Source: Thermoproteus tenax Kra 1
GTDB lineage: Archaea > Thermoproteota > Thermoprotei > Thermoproteales > Thermoproteaceae
NCBI RefSeq assembly: GCF_000253055.1
Contig: NC_016070.1
Span: forward strand, 540,001 to 572,000
DNA length: 32,000 bases
Reading direction: 5' to 3'
Positions within the stretch are counted from its first letter, which is position 1; each line of letters opens with the position of its first letter. A program made the translations under genes and the position numbers. Below are positions 8,915 to 18,439 of the stretch, piece after piece. A model generated the notes under the pieces. The model did no database searches. It saw only the letters and a list, made by a program, of their open reading frames with translations, and had not been told where the DNA came from.

Positions 8915-9469
8915 ATGAGGAGGCTCCTTCTGATAATAGCCGCGGTCGCCGTCCTTGCTGCGCTGCTCCTCGCTCTGTGGAGCCAACAGCACAGGCCCGT
9001 AGGGCGCGTCGCCACGATCCTTGTTGCCTCCCCAGCCTTTGCGAACGGCTCGTTTATACCTGCCAACTACACTTGCGATGGAGCCGACGTCTCTCCACCT
9101 CTACGTTGGTCCGGCGTACCTCAAGATGCCAAGGCCCTCTTAGTGGCCGTCGTGGACGTCGACGCGCCTGGAGGATACTTCGTGCACTGGGTTTTGTACA
9201 ATATTCCGCCCAACGTCACAAGTCTGCCTTCCAATATTCCCAAGCAGCCCATTGTGAAGTATGGCGAACAAGGGACCAACGACTTCGGCAAGGTTGGGTA
9301 CGGAGGCCCGTGTCCACCGCCCGGTCCGCCCCATCGTTATATCTTCATAGTTTTGGCCCTAGACTCGCAGCTCGACGTACAGCCCGGCGCGTCTGACAGA
9401 GAGATACTCAGCGTCGCCTCCTCGCATGTGATCGCATCGGGCGAAATAGTCGGCCTCTACGGTCGTTGA
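8915..9469 (+). CDS. Exported or membrane-anchored PEBP / YbhB-YbcL (Raf kinase inhibitor-like) family protein
   Basis: MRRLLLIIAAVAVLAALLLALW signal/anchor; PANYTCDGADVSPPLRWSGVP, DVDAPGGYFVHWVLYNIPP, YGGPCPPPGPPHRY. Start revised from 8870 to ATG 8915. Confidence 0.9.
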   Translation: MRRLLLIIAAVAVLAALLLALWSQQHRPVGRVATILVASPAFANGSFIPANYTCDGADVSPPLRWSGVPQDAKALLVAVVDVDAPGGYFVHWVLYNIPPNVTSLPSNIPKQPIVKYGEQGTNDFGKVGYGGPCPPPGPPHRYIFIVLALDSQLDVQPGASDREILSVASSHVIASGEIVGLYGR

Positions 9470-9500
9470 AATTTTTAAAAGAGCCGACAGATCGATCTTT

Positions 9501-11147
9501 ATGGAATACAAGCGCGCCGTTTTGTTGAACAGCTTTATCGGCGCCTTTATGGCTAGCATGAATATTTCGGCACTTGTCATAGCTCTACCTGCTGTCTTCC
9601 GCGGAATCGATATAGATCCATTCTCCCCTCTTGGCTTTGTCTCAATGCTCTGGCTGATCTTAGCCTATCCCTTCACGATGGCAATATTTGTGGCGATAAT
9701 CGGACGCCTCTCTGATATGTATGGAAAAGGTAGAGTATTCACGTTGGGCGCTCTGACGTTCACCGTATCCTCTCTGCTCTTGGGGCTGACTCCAGGCAGT
9801 GGGGCATTTGCTGCAGCCCTGCTAGTCGCCTTCAGAGTGCTCCAAGGCATCGGCGGCTCCATGATGTTCTCGAACAGCGCCGCCATAATCGCCGACGTCT
9901 TTCCCCCCAACGAGAGAGGATTTGCCCAGGGCGTAGTCGGTATATCGTTCTCCGCGGGCTCCATAGCTGGCCTCCTTGTGGGCGGCGCGCTGGCCGTAGT
10001 CGACTGGCGGTTGGTCTTCCTAGTCAACGTGCCGTTGGGCCTGCTCACCACTCTGTGGTCCTATAGGACTCTCTTCAACCTCTCTCAGACGGCCGGAGGA
10101 GTTGTGATAGATTGGCTCGGCGCTTCGATTTTGGCGGCCGGCCTCTTGTCGGCTCTCTCGGGGTTGACTCTTTCCATGATGCCCTACGGTGGATCTATGG
10201 TCGGCTGGGGCAACCCCGCCGTGTGGGCGTTGATAGGCACAGGCATTGCCTTATTGGCGCTCTTGATCCCGCTCGAGAGGAGGGCGGCAAGCCCCATGCT
10301 TCGCCTGGACCTCTTCTCAAAAAGACAGTTCTCATTCGGCGTCTTTAGCGCCTTTCTACTATTCTTGGCACAAGGCGCAAATATATTCGTGCTCTCCATA
10401 TTCCTCCAGGCGGTGTACTTGCCCATGAGGGGTATGCCGTACGAGGAGACCCCGCTCTGGGCCGGCATCTATTTGATACCCAATAGTGTAGCGAGCGCGC
10501 TCTTTGCCCCAATTGGGGGAAAGCTGTTGAACAAATTGGGCGCCAGGACAGTCTCGACGCTCGGCGCAGTTCTAGCCGGCATAGGCTTCGAGCTACTAGC
10601 GGCGCTACCTTTGTCCTTCGCCTACTCTCTATTTGCAGCTATAATAGCCCTCATAGGGACCGGCTTTGGGCTTTTTATGAGCCCGAACCTAGTTTCCATC
10701 CTCAGCTCAGTGCCGTCGAAACACAGAGGCGCTGCATCCGGCATTAGGGCCATGGTGCAGAACGTGGGAACTCTGATGAGCTTTGCGATCTTCATGACTC
10801 TCATCATCGCAGGCTCAGCGCCGCTTCTAGCGCCAGCCCTCTATCATGCCCTTTTAAATGCCGGCGTGCCGTCGGACGATGCTCGCTCTCTCCTCTCGAT
10901 ACCGCCCGTGGTGGCCTTCTTTGCCGCCTTTCTGGGCTATAATCCTATAGGCACCTTAGTGTCTCTGGCCCACGTCCAGATAGGCGGGACGGTGTACGCA
11001 ACAATCACAGAGCCCCGCTTCTTCGCAGACGCTATAGCTCCCGCCTTGCTCTCGGGGTTTCACAACGCCTACCACTTGGCGGCCATATTTGCTTTCGCCG
11101 CAGCGGTTCTCTCAGCGCTGAGAGGTAGGGAGACATTATTGGAATGA
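9501..11147 (+). CDS. MFS transporter, 14-TM DHA2 (EmrB/QacA-like) drug/proton antiporter family
   Basis: IGRLSDMYGKGRVFTLGALTFTVSS, RVLQGIGGSMMFSNSAAIIADVFPPNERGFAQG; 548 aa; box TTTTTAAAA about 26 nt upstream of ATG. Confidence 0.9.
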   Translation: MEYKRAVLLNSFIGAFMASMNISALVIALPAVFRGIDIDPFSPLGFVSMLWLILAYPFTMAIFVAIIGRLSDMYGKGRVFTLGALTFTVSSLLLGLTPGSGAFAAALLVAFRVLQGIGGSMMFSNSAAIIADVFPPNERGFAQGVVGISFSAGSIAGLLVGGALAVVDWRLVFLVNVPLGLLTTLWSYRTLFNLSQTAGGVVIDWLGASILAAGLLSALSGLTLSMMPYGGSMVGWGNPAVWALIGTGIALLALLIPLERRAASPMLRLDLFSKRQFSFGVFSAFLLFLAQGANIFVLSIFLQAVYLPMRGMPYEETPLWAGIYLIPNSVASALFAPIGGKLLNKLGARTVSTLGAVLAGIGFELLAALPLSFAYSLFAAIIALIGTGFGLFMSPNLVSILSSVPSKHRGAASGIRAMVQNVGTLMSFAIFMTLIIAGSAPLLAPALYHALLNAGVPSDDARSLLSIPPVVAFFAAFLGYNPIGTLVSLAHVQIGGTVYATITEPRFFADAIAPALLSGFHNAYHLAAIFAFAAAVLSALRGRETLLE

Positions 11148-11187
11148 CCGCGCTCCCCGCCCTAAAGGGCGAGGCCTTCGGTTGTAA

Positions 11188-12333
11188 TCAACTGGGAGAT
11201 CTCAAGACCTCTGAGACGGCAGATCTAATCAGCTCTACGTCCTCTCTAGTTATAGAATAGGGCGGGAGAAACCTCAACACGTTCATACCAGCCGTCAGAG
11301 CGAGCACGCCCTTGGACAGAAGTTGCTGTATAAACTGGTCGGCTTTAACTCTCAGCTCTAGCCCCCTCATGAGCCCCATGCCTTTAACTCTTAGCCCGAT
11401 CCTCGAGCCGTGCTCCGCCAGAGCCTTGGCCAGCTCCTCGCCCATGGCCTCGGCCCTCGCGGGCACGTCCTCCTTCAGCAGAAGCTCTGAGGCTGCGGCC
11501 GCGGCCGCCATGACTACAGAGTTGCCGGCAAACGTTGAGCCGTGTTCTCCCGGCTCGAACACGTCGCCGTAGTCCTCCCTGGCGATGACCACTCCTATGG
11601 GCAGACCGCCCCCCAGGGCCTTCCCCGCCGTGAATAAATCCGGCTCAACGCCGTACTTCTGAAAGGCCCAGACGGCGCCAGTTCTGCCGAACCCTGTCTG
11701 AATCTCATCAAAGATGAGCAAGGCGTTCTTCTCGGCGGTGACCTCGCGTAGGGCCCTCAAGAAGTCTGGAGTTGCGGGATTCACGCCGCCCTCCCCCTGT
11801 ATAGGTTCTACTACAACGCAACAGACGTCCTCGTCTACGAGTTTCTCGACCTCAGCTGCCACGTTGAATTTGCCGAACTTGACGTACGGATAAAGCGGCT
11901 CAAAGGCCTTTCTATAGGCCTCGTTCCAGGTTATAGAGAGGGAGCCCAAGGTCCTTCCGTGGAAACTGTTTGTGAAGGCCACTACCGTGCGCCTCCTAGT
12001 GATCTTTTTGGCCATCTTGATAGCAGTCTCCACAGCCTCTGTGCCTGTGTTCTGTAGAAAGACTACTCCAAACTTTGAGGGCAGAAGCCTCGAGAAAGCC
12101 GAGATGAACCTCTCTCTAGCCGGCGTAGAGAAATTGAGGGGCACGGCCCAGACCTCCTCCAGTTGCCTTCTGACGGCCTCAGCTATATAGGGATTGGCGT
12201 GTCCCAAGAAGGCCACGCCGTGATTGGTGTTGCAGTCGAGGTATCTTCTGCCCTGATCGTCCCAGAGATATTGCATATAGCCTCTCACGATCCGCACGCC
12301 GTACTCCCTATAATATCTGGCTATTCTGGCCAT
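11188..12333 (-). CDS. Class III PLP aminotransferase, acetylornithine / LysW-gamma-L-lysine aminotransferase type
   Basis: LQNTGTEAVETAIKMAKK, FTNSFHGRTLGSLSIT, LLIFDEIQTGFGRTGAVWAFQKYGVEPDLFTAGKALGGGLPIG, EHGSTFAGN. Confidence 0.9.
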   Translation of the reverse strand: MARIARYYREYGVRIVRGYMQYLWDDQGRRYLDCNTNHGVAFLGHANPYIAEAVRRQLEEVWAVPLNFSTPARERFISAFSRLLPSKFGVVFLQNTGTEAVETAIKMAKKITRRRTVVAFTNSFHGRTLGSLSITWNEAYRKAFEPLYPYVKFGKFNVAAEVEKLVDEDVCCVVVEPIQGEGGVNPATPDFLRALREVTAEKNALLIFDEIQTGFGRTGAVWAFQKYGVEPDLFTAGKALGGGLPIGVVIAREDYGDVFEPGEHGSTFAGNSVVMAAAAAASELLLKEDVPARAEAMGEELAKALAEHGSRIGLRVKGMGLMRGLELRVKADQFIQQLLSKGVLALTAGMNVLRFLPPYSITREDVELIRSAVSEVLRSPS

Positions 12334-12353
12334 GTGGTCTGGTTTTTCTCTGT

Positions 12354-13157
12354 TTATAACTCTGATAGTATTCTATGGAAGCTCGATATATGGTCCCTGA
12401 AGCTACTGAAAAATCTGGCCCTCCTTAGATCGTCCTCATCTATACGAAAAACTCCGCGGTCCTCCTCCAAGGTCTTTAACTTGAGTTTGATCTCTCCCAA
12501 CGGCGAGACTATCATGGAGCCGCCCCAGAAGTATTCCTCCTCCTGGCTACCCACTGTGTTGACGAAGGCCGTCCAGACTGTGTTCATGAGCGAGTGGGCC
12601 TTTAGCAGCGCCTCCCAGGCGTCTTGTATGGCCAGTCTCTTTCCCAACCTCCTCATGGGGGATGCCGCTGGGATGAGGATCAAGTCGGCGCCCATCAGAG
12701 CAAGGGCCTCGGCTGGCTCGGGATGCCAGGCGTCCTCGCATATCATTACGCCGAATTTCCAACCGGCGTACTGAAATACCTTCAGGTCCTTCAGAGGGTC
12801 AGCCCTCTGGAAATATCGTCTCTCCTCAAAGAGGCCATAGGTGGGAAGGTAGAATTTATAGACGTAGTCGATGTTTCCGTCTATAATTACAGCCGCCGCG
12901 TTCCTCAGGACGCCCCTCCTCACCTCTTTAATGGTTCCCACCACGAGACATCTCCCCGAGGAGTGATCGGCAAGCTTTTCGACGGCCCTCATGCTCGCTT
13001 GATATATCTCGTAGGTGAGATCCTTCAGGACATAGCCTGTGAGCGAGAGCTCCGGGAAGACTATACAGTCGCTGGCGCTGGTCTCCACCACCTCCCTATG
13101 TTTTGCCAGATTCCTCTCGACGTCCCCCAGATATGGCCTTATCTGGGCCAGCTCGAC
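12354..13157 (-). CDS. Carbon-nitrogen hydrolase resembling the glutaminase domain of glutamine-dependent NAD synthetase
   Basis: Putative catalytic E in FPELSLTGY, K in YKFYLPTYGLFEERRYF, C in FGVMICEDAWHPE; start revised to ATG 13157 (MKVELAQIRPYLGD). Confidence 0.8.
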   Translation of the reverse strand, partial: VELAQIRPYLGDVERNLAKHREVVETSASDCIVFPELSLTGYVLKDLTYEIYQASMRAVEKLADHSSGRCLVVGTIKEVRRGVLRNAAAVIIDGNIDYVYKFYLPTYGLFEERRYFQRADPLKDLKVFQYAGWKFGVMICEDAWHPEPAEALALMGADLILIPAASPMRRLGKRLAIQDAWEALLKAHSLMNTVWTAFVNTVGSQEEEYFWGGSMIVSPLGEIKLKLKTLEEDRGVFRIDEDDLRRARFFSSFRDHISSFHRILSEL

Positions 13158-13215
13158 CTTCATGTCTCCTCCCCGCTCCACACTAAAATTTCGCGCTTCG
13201 AGGTGTACATGCCGT

Positions 13216-14061
13216 TCACCTTATGTTCCAATATCTCCTCGGATAGCGCCAGTCGGAGCCTATAGCTCTGCCGCTCAGCCTGAAGATCTCAGGTGGCAAC
13301 CTCTTGTGTTGGCTCTTCCTCACCATGGCGTCGACTCTGTTTATTATCGATATATCCACGCCGAGCATCTCCGCTACCTCCTGCGGAGGCCTCATTTCCT
13401 CATATCTAAGGTAGAGCACGGAGTCTATCGTCTCGTAGTCTACGCCGAGCTCCCCCTCTGCGGTCTGGCCCTCCCACAGAGCTGGCGATGGGGGCTTTCT
13501 GATTATACTTTCGGGCAAACCTAGACATGCGCCGAGCTGTCTCACTTGCGTCTTGTAGAGATCGCCTATGGGCAATATGTCCACTCCGCCGTCTCCGTAT
13601 TTGGTGAAATAGCCGAGCATGAGCTCGCTCTTGTCCCCCGTCCCGACCACCATATACCCGAGCTTCTGTGCAAATGCGTACAGCAACGTCATTCTCACGC
13701 GCGCCTTTATGTTGCCTATGATCTTTTTGTCGTTGGTCTCGACCGCCTTCGAGAGAGCATCGACGTAGCCGTCTATAGGGATCACTGCGTGTTTGGCCTC
13801 GCCCCCCACCATCTTCACTACAGCCATGGCGTCCTCCATGTCTCTCGCAGGCGTGCTAGAGGACGGCATCAAAAGGAGAAAGAAGTTAGGAGTAGCCTTG
13901 GCTAACAACACGGCCACGACGGAGGAGTCGATGCCGCCGCTGAGCCCCAACACGCCGCCGCTGAGCCCGCTCTCCTCCATGTATTCCCTCAGCCTCTCCA
14001 CTATATACGCAGACACAGTCTCGCAGTCTATCTGCAACATCCTTCTGACGTATTCGTTCAT
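13216..14061 (-). CDS. nadE: NAD+ synthetase (ammonia-dependent-type catalytic domain)
   Basis: GLSGGIDSSVVAVLLAKA PP-loop, NIKARVRM, VVGTGDKSELMLGYFTKYGDGGVDILPIGDLYKTQVRQL, PPSPALWEGQTAEGELG. Confidence 0.95.
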   Translation of the reverse strand: MNEYVRRMLQIDCETVSAYIVERLREYMEESGLSGGVLGLSGGIDSSVVAVLLAKATPNFFLLLMPSSSTPARDMEDAMAVVKMVGGEAKHAVIPIDGYVDALSKAVETNDKKIIGNIKARVRMTLLYAFAQKLGYMVVGTGDKSELMLGYFTKYGDGGVDILPIGDLYKTQVRQLGACLGLPESIIRKPPSPALWEGQTAEGELGVDYETIDSVLYLRYEEMRPPQEVAEMLGVDISIINRVDAMVRKSQHKRLPPEIFRLSGRAIGSDWRYPRRYWNIR

Positions 14062-14065
14062 ATTA

Positions 14066-14764
14066 TTAGCGTATCAGGATCTCGCTTTTAACTCCTTCTC
14101 TCGATATAGTGATAAGTGTGCCGTTTGCCAACGGAGCCCAACCTTCAGAGCTCAGAGGCTCTGACGCCACAACTATGGCGTCCCCCTTGTGGACAACTGG
14201 GATAAAGTGGGGATCTTCGACTAGGCGATATGTAAAAACGTGGGCCTCTACGCGCTTGAGATCCACTAAGGCTACGTTAAGTACGGGCTCCTCTGGGTCG
14301 AGGTACTTGATAGCGACTTCCGCGGTCTGCCTCAGAGCCCGGATGTCCGCCCCCAGCTCCACGAAGGCCTTGAGGAAGAGCTCGGTATCTGTTGAGCCGC
14401 CTGTGGAGGTATCGATTCCCATGGCCCTCAGCTCTCCCTCGAACTTTACTCTATCTATAGTGCCGTTATGAGCTATCGCGAAATCGCCGTATATTATAGG
14501 ATGTGTGTTGGCGAGCGAGATGCTTCCAACCGATGCCAGACGCGAGTGGAAGAGGTAGACCGCGTACCCTCCTGGGGGCTCTCGGTACGACTCCCATATG
14601 GGCTTGACGGACTTGATAACGCCGAACTCTCCATCTCTGACGTACAAGACCCCCCAGCCCGATCCATGGCTCCAGCCCTTGGTCTTGTCTTGTCTAGAGA
14701 TCTCTATGAAGGATCTACGAAAAATAAATGGGGGATCCCCAAATGAGAGAAAAAATCTACACAT
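14066..14764 (-). CDS. Stand-alone class II glutamine amidotransferase (YafJ-like)
   Basis: MCRFFLSFGDPP with Cys2 after Met, HGSGWG, FHSRLASVG, THPI, AHNGTIDR; ATG overlaps glnA stop (TAATG at 14766-14762). Confidence 0.85.
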   Translation of the reverse strand: MCRFFLSFGDPPFIFRRSFIEISRQDKTKGWSHGSGWGVLYVRDGEFGVIKSVKPIWESYREPPGGYAVYLFHSRLASVGSISLANTHPIIYGDFAIAHNGTIDRVKFEGELRAMGIDTSTGGSTDTELFLKAFVELGADIRALRQTAEVAIKYLDPEEPVLNVALVDLKRVEAHVFTYRLVEDPHFIPVVHKGDAIVVASEPLSSEGWAPLANGTLITISREGVKSEILIR

Positions 14765-16074
14765 TAAGCGACCTCCAAATACTGGTCGTACTCCCAGCGG
14801 GTTATGACGTTCCAAGTCGCGTCCCAACTGCCGCCCGCGTTGGCAAGATAGTCGTTCCACTCCCTCTCCTTGAGGCTCAGATACGCCTTGACCAACTGTT
14901 GAGGCAACATCTTGGCTGTGATCCCCTCGGTGGCCAGCTTGGCGGCCTCGCCCAAGTGCTTGGGCGTCTCCCTCACTCCTTGTAGATCGTAGGCTATCTC
15001 CTCCACGGGTCTCGGAGCCTCCAACTTCCTCTCGAGACCGTCAACCGCCGATAGAAGGATTGCCGAGAACGCCAGATATGGGTTTGCCGATGGGTCAGGG
15101 TGTCTGTATTCGAACCTGTTTATCTTCTGGGCGTAGTACGGTATTCTGACCATAGCGGAGCGGTTGCCTAAGCCCCAGACGACGCGGGTCGGCGCCTCGT
15201 GGTGCGGCACAAGTCTCTTGTAGCTGTTGACCAACGGGGCCACAAAGACGCTGTTGGCTAAGGCGTTCTCCAACACGCCGGCCACCGCCGACTTAAGCTC
15301 CGGAGTCGGCTCCTTATATGACGCGAAGAGGTTGGCTCCGTCCCTCCAGAGACTCACGTGTATGTGCATCCCGGAGCCGTTGACGCCCCAGAACGGTTTA
15401 GGCATGAAGGTGGCAGTCAAGCCGTATTTTTGTGCCACCGATTTGGCGAGTATCTTGAACACAAGTATCTGGTCGGCCACTTGTACAGGGTCGGCGGCGG
15501 GTATATTCACCTCGAACTGGCTCGGTGCAACCTCGTGGTGCGTCTTTGTGAAGCCTATCCCAGAGAGATAGAACTGCTCTATTATCTCCTCGATAACTGG
15601 CATAGTTTCCTTCAACGGATATCCCTCGAAGTAGGCTCCGTTGTCAACTAACGATGGTGGGTTGCCTCTTACAATGAAGAACTCGACCTCGGCGCCGAAT
15701 CTCGCCTCGTATCCCCTAGATTTGGCGTACTCAACCACTTGCTTGAGCGCGTTGCGCGGATCCATGGGATGCGGCTTGTTTCCGTCGAGCGTGCTAGTGA
15801 ACGCGAGCGCAGTCTTGCCCCCGCTCCACGTCTCTATATAGATTGCGTTAGTGTCCACTTGGGCCACGAAGTCGCTCTTGTTCACAGTGGTGTAGGCAGG
15901 TATCGATGATCCGTCGTAGGCTATCCCATCAACAAACGCGTCGCGTGCTGCGTCGATTGGAAGTATCTCCAGCTTTGGTCTACCGAAGATGTCCACTATC
16001 ACGAATTTGACGTATTTTACGCCGGCCCCCTTTAGTAGCCTCCACGCGTTTAATCCTTCCGGCATAACGCCCAT
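14764..16074 (-). CDS. glnA: Glutamine synthetase
   Basis: AYDGSSIPAYTTVNKSDFVAQVD, HHEVAPSQFEVNI, NGSGMHIHVSLW, GLGNRSAMVRIPYY, FEYRHPDPSANPYLAFSAILLS. Start 16074 or 16065 rather than 16137. Confidence 0.96.
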   Translation of the reverse strand: MGVMPEGLNAWRLLKGAGVKYVKFVIVDIFGRPKLEILPIDAARDAFVDGIAYDGSSIPAYTTVNKSDFVAQVDTNAIYIETWSGGKTALAFTSTLDGNKPHPMDPRNALKQVVEYAKSRGYEARFGAEVEFFIVRGNPPSLVDNGAYFEGYPLKETMPVIEEIIEQFYLSGIGFTKTHHEVAPSQFEVNIPAADPVQVADQILVFKILAKSVAQKYGLTATFMPKPFWGVNGSGMHIHVSLWRDGANLFASYKEPTPELKSAVAGVLENALANSVFVAPLVNSYKRLVPHHEAPTRVVWGLGNRSAMVRIPYYAQKINRFEYRHPDPSANPYLAFSAILLSAVDGLERKLEAPRPVEEIAYDLQGVRETPKHLGEAAKLATEGITAKMLPQQLVKAYLSLKEREWNDYLANAGGSWDATWNVITRWEYDQYLEVA

Positions 16075-16194
16075 GTTCGAAGGGCATAAAAACTTTTCTT
16101 GTAAAAACATCAAAAGTATCCCGAAATATATAGGCAATATATACCATGTGAGTTCCCTTTTTTTTGGAACAAATTACTATAAAATCGGCGAATA

Positions 16195-18249
16195 TTAGTT
16201 TCCTGCTACTAGGACACCCAGCTTTTTGGCCACCTCGCCGTCCAAACTCCTTAACAAATCTCTATTTCCAACCATATGATAGTAGTCAGTTATACCGCCT
16301 GCACCCATAGCCAGCTTTAGTTCTTTAGTCAAACTATATATAGTATTTTCATACCATTTTCTTTTCACAGCGTAGCTACCTGCGGGCCTCTTGTGGATTT
16401 GGTCGAAGACTTCATAGGGCTCTACCAGATCAGCGCCTAGCGCGGCCATCTTATAGACGTCTGCGCCGTTGTTCAATTTGCCCACCGCTATTATCGTCAT
16501 CCTCTCTCTAACGCCCGTCTCTCTAGCCCTTATGTCCAACATAGAGACAGCCTCCTCGAGCCAAACATCGCCTCCCAACCTCTCGTCGACCACTATGACT
16601 CCCTCCTCGGGCTCCAGCCTCTTCGTGGGCGGGACTCTCACGTGGTCGTAGTCGTTTAGACAGTATCCGCGCTCCGGGCATCCGTTGCCGTTCACCAGAG
16701 CGCCGGCGGCGTAGCCGGCCATCACAGCCGCCCTCTCATAGCCGGGCACCACTACGGGCGTGTCTAACTCAAACCCATTTATATATACCTTAGTTCTCAC
16801 GTCCTCTCTGTACGGATCAACGGAGGGATGTGTCACTTGGGCCGCCTCAATCCTCAAGAGGTCCAGAGGTCTCCTCGCCGGATATGTGTAGCCGGGCACT
16901 ATCCCGCCCATGCCTATTACCGGCGCTGCGCCCTCCTCGTAGACCTCTCTGGGCAGAACTGGGGCGTAGTCCTGATAGAAGGCCAATTGCCCCCTCTCCA
17001 TTAGATCGACGCCCACAGTCTTGGCCACGTCTTCATCAACGTAGTAGATCCCCAATAAATCCCTTCTGGACACCAACTCTCTTACGCTGTTCATCCCTAG
17101 GGCATACAATATGGCCTTCAGGCCGTTCCTCAGCCCCCTCAGATAGTTGCGCAACGCCTCGGAGGCCCATGCAATGTCCAAGTCGGGCCTCATACCTATC
17201 ATATTAGTGAGGGAGGTCGGGCACCCGCCCGTATGGCATGAGTGGCACATGATACAGCCCATCGCCAGAAGGGCAGCCGTGCCTATGTTGGCCATATCGG
17301 CGCCGAGCGCTATCAGCTTCGCTATGTCCGCTGCGCTGTATAACATTCCGCCGCCTATCACTAAGAAGTTCTGCCTCGCTCCGTTCTCCCTAAGCCACTT
17401 GTCCACTACAGGTATCGCGTAGTCGATTGGTATCCCCAAGTGGTTTCTGACTGCAAGCGGCGTGGCGCCAGTGCCGGCACCTGCGCCGTCGATAATGATG
17501 CCCTCGGCAGTGGACCTGGCGGTACCCACAGCGACGTACATTATCTTGTTCACCGCCGCGACCTTCACGAGGACCGGCTTGCCGGTGAGATCTCTCAAGG
17601 CCTTGACCCTCTGTGCTAGATCCTCTATGGAGTATATGTCGTGATGCGGCGCAGGCGATAGGGCCTCGCTGCCCTCCGGTATCTTCCTCAGCTCGGCGAT
17701 TATCTTAGTGACTTTTCTGCCCGGCAGATGGCCGCCTATGCCTGGCTTTGCGCCTTGGCCTATCTTGATGTTGACGGCGAGCCCGGCCCTCAGCAAGTTC
17801 ATGTCCATGCCGAAGCGGGCTGAGGCCCACTGAACCACTATGTTCCTATACTTGGCGACCTCGGGATGGAGACCTCCCTCGCCTATTCCAGCCACGACTC
17901 CCTCCTCTGTCGCCGCCTTGGCTATAGCTATGTTCGGATTGCCGCTTAAAGCGCCGAAGGACATATCGCCGAGATACACAGGGAGGGAGAGCTTTGTGCC
18001 GAAGAAATCTATGCCAACGTCGACATCGAGCCTATCGGCGACCTTCACGAGCTCGTTGACATCTCTAGGCCTCAGATCCTTGAACGCCATTCTGTCTAAA
18101 AGCCGACCGGTCTTGGAGGGTCCCTCCTCCAGCGCGTAGGGCACTAAACCTGTCTGAGCCGCATATCTTACGTATTCTATCTTCTCGTGAGACCAAAACT
18201 CAGCTATTCTATGTATCGCCGGGCGCAAATATATATTAACCTGGCGCAC
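16195..18249 (-). CDS. gltB: Glutamate synthase FMN-barrel protein (GltB central domain) with 3Fe-4S-type Cys motif and an extra C-terminal region
   Basis: MSFGALSGNPNIAIAKAATEEGV, GEGGLHPE, IKIGQGAKPGIGGHLPG, SPAPHHDIYSIEDLAQ, GCIMCHSCHTGGCPT. Track start is 18285; GTG at 18249 is suggested by box AAATATATAAG at about 18267-18277. Confidence 0.88.
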   Translation of the reverse strand: MRQVNIYLRPAIHRIAEFWSHEKIEYVRYAAQTGLVPYALEEGPSKTGRLLDRMAFKDLRPRDVNELVKVADRLDVDVGIDFFGTKLSLPVYLGDMSFGALSGNPNIAIAKAATEEGVVAGIGEGGLHPEVAKYRNIVVQWASARFGMDMNLLRAGLAVNIKIGQGAKPGIGGHLPGRKVTKIIAELRKIPEGSEALSPAPHHDIYSIEDLAQRVKALRDLTGKPVLVKVAAVNKIMYVAVGTARSTAEGIIIDGAGAGTGATPLAVRNHLGIPIDYAIPVVDKWLRENGARQNFLVIGGGMLYSAADIAKLIALGADMANIGTAALLAMGCIMCHSCHTGGCPTSLTNMIGMRPDLDIAWASEALRNYLRGLRNGLKAILYALGMNSVRELVSRRDLLGIYYVDEDVAKTVGVDLMERGQLAFYQDYAPVLPREVYEEGAAPVIGMGGIVPGYTYPARRPLDLLRIEAAQVTHPSVDPYREDVRTKVYINGFELDTPVVVPGYERAAVMAGYAAGALVNGNGCPERGYCLNDYDHVRVPPTKRLEPEEGVIVVDERLGGDVWLEEAVSMLDIRARETGVRERMTIIAVGKLNNGADVYKMAALGADLVEPYEVFDQIHKRPAGSYAVKRKWYENTIYSLTKELKLAMGAGGITDYYHMVGNRDLLRSLDGEVAKKLGVLVAGN

Positions 18250-18439
18250 TATATATGTTATCGACGAAATATATAAGCTTAACATTAGGCAGATGCCTAT
18301 ATAGGATTCGTTTAAAGCAATATATCAATCAATTTGTTTTTGATGAGCTTATTAAGCTTCTTATTAAGAAATCCATTTAATTTTATAATCTAATATAAGG
18401 TAGACTTGCTCTATTAATTTAATGTCGCACCGATATCCT

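Noticed and set aside
8869-9066. N-terminal 66 aa extension of ThiI in the track ORF
   Set aside because: Residues MAGINEPFAKAGEATRIVATRP...LIFLVGDF overlap the divergent PEBP gene and lie upstream of the AT box; ThiI homology begins at VVIVRYGELAIKRG.
12547-13524. Several 70-210 aa ORFs on both strands across the nitrilase/nadE region
   Set aside because: They all overlap two motif-complete enzymes, and their translations show no recognisable domain.
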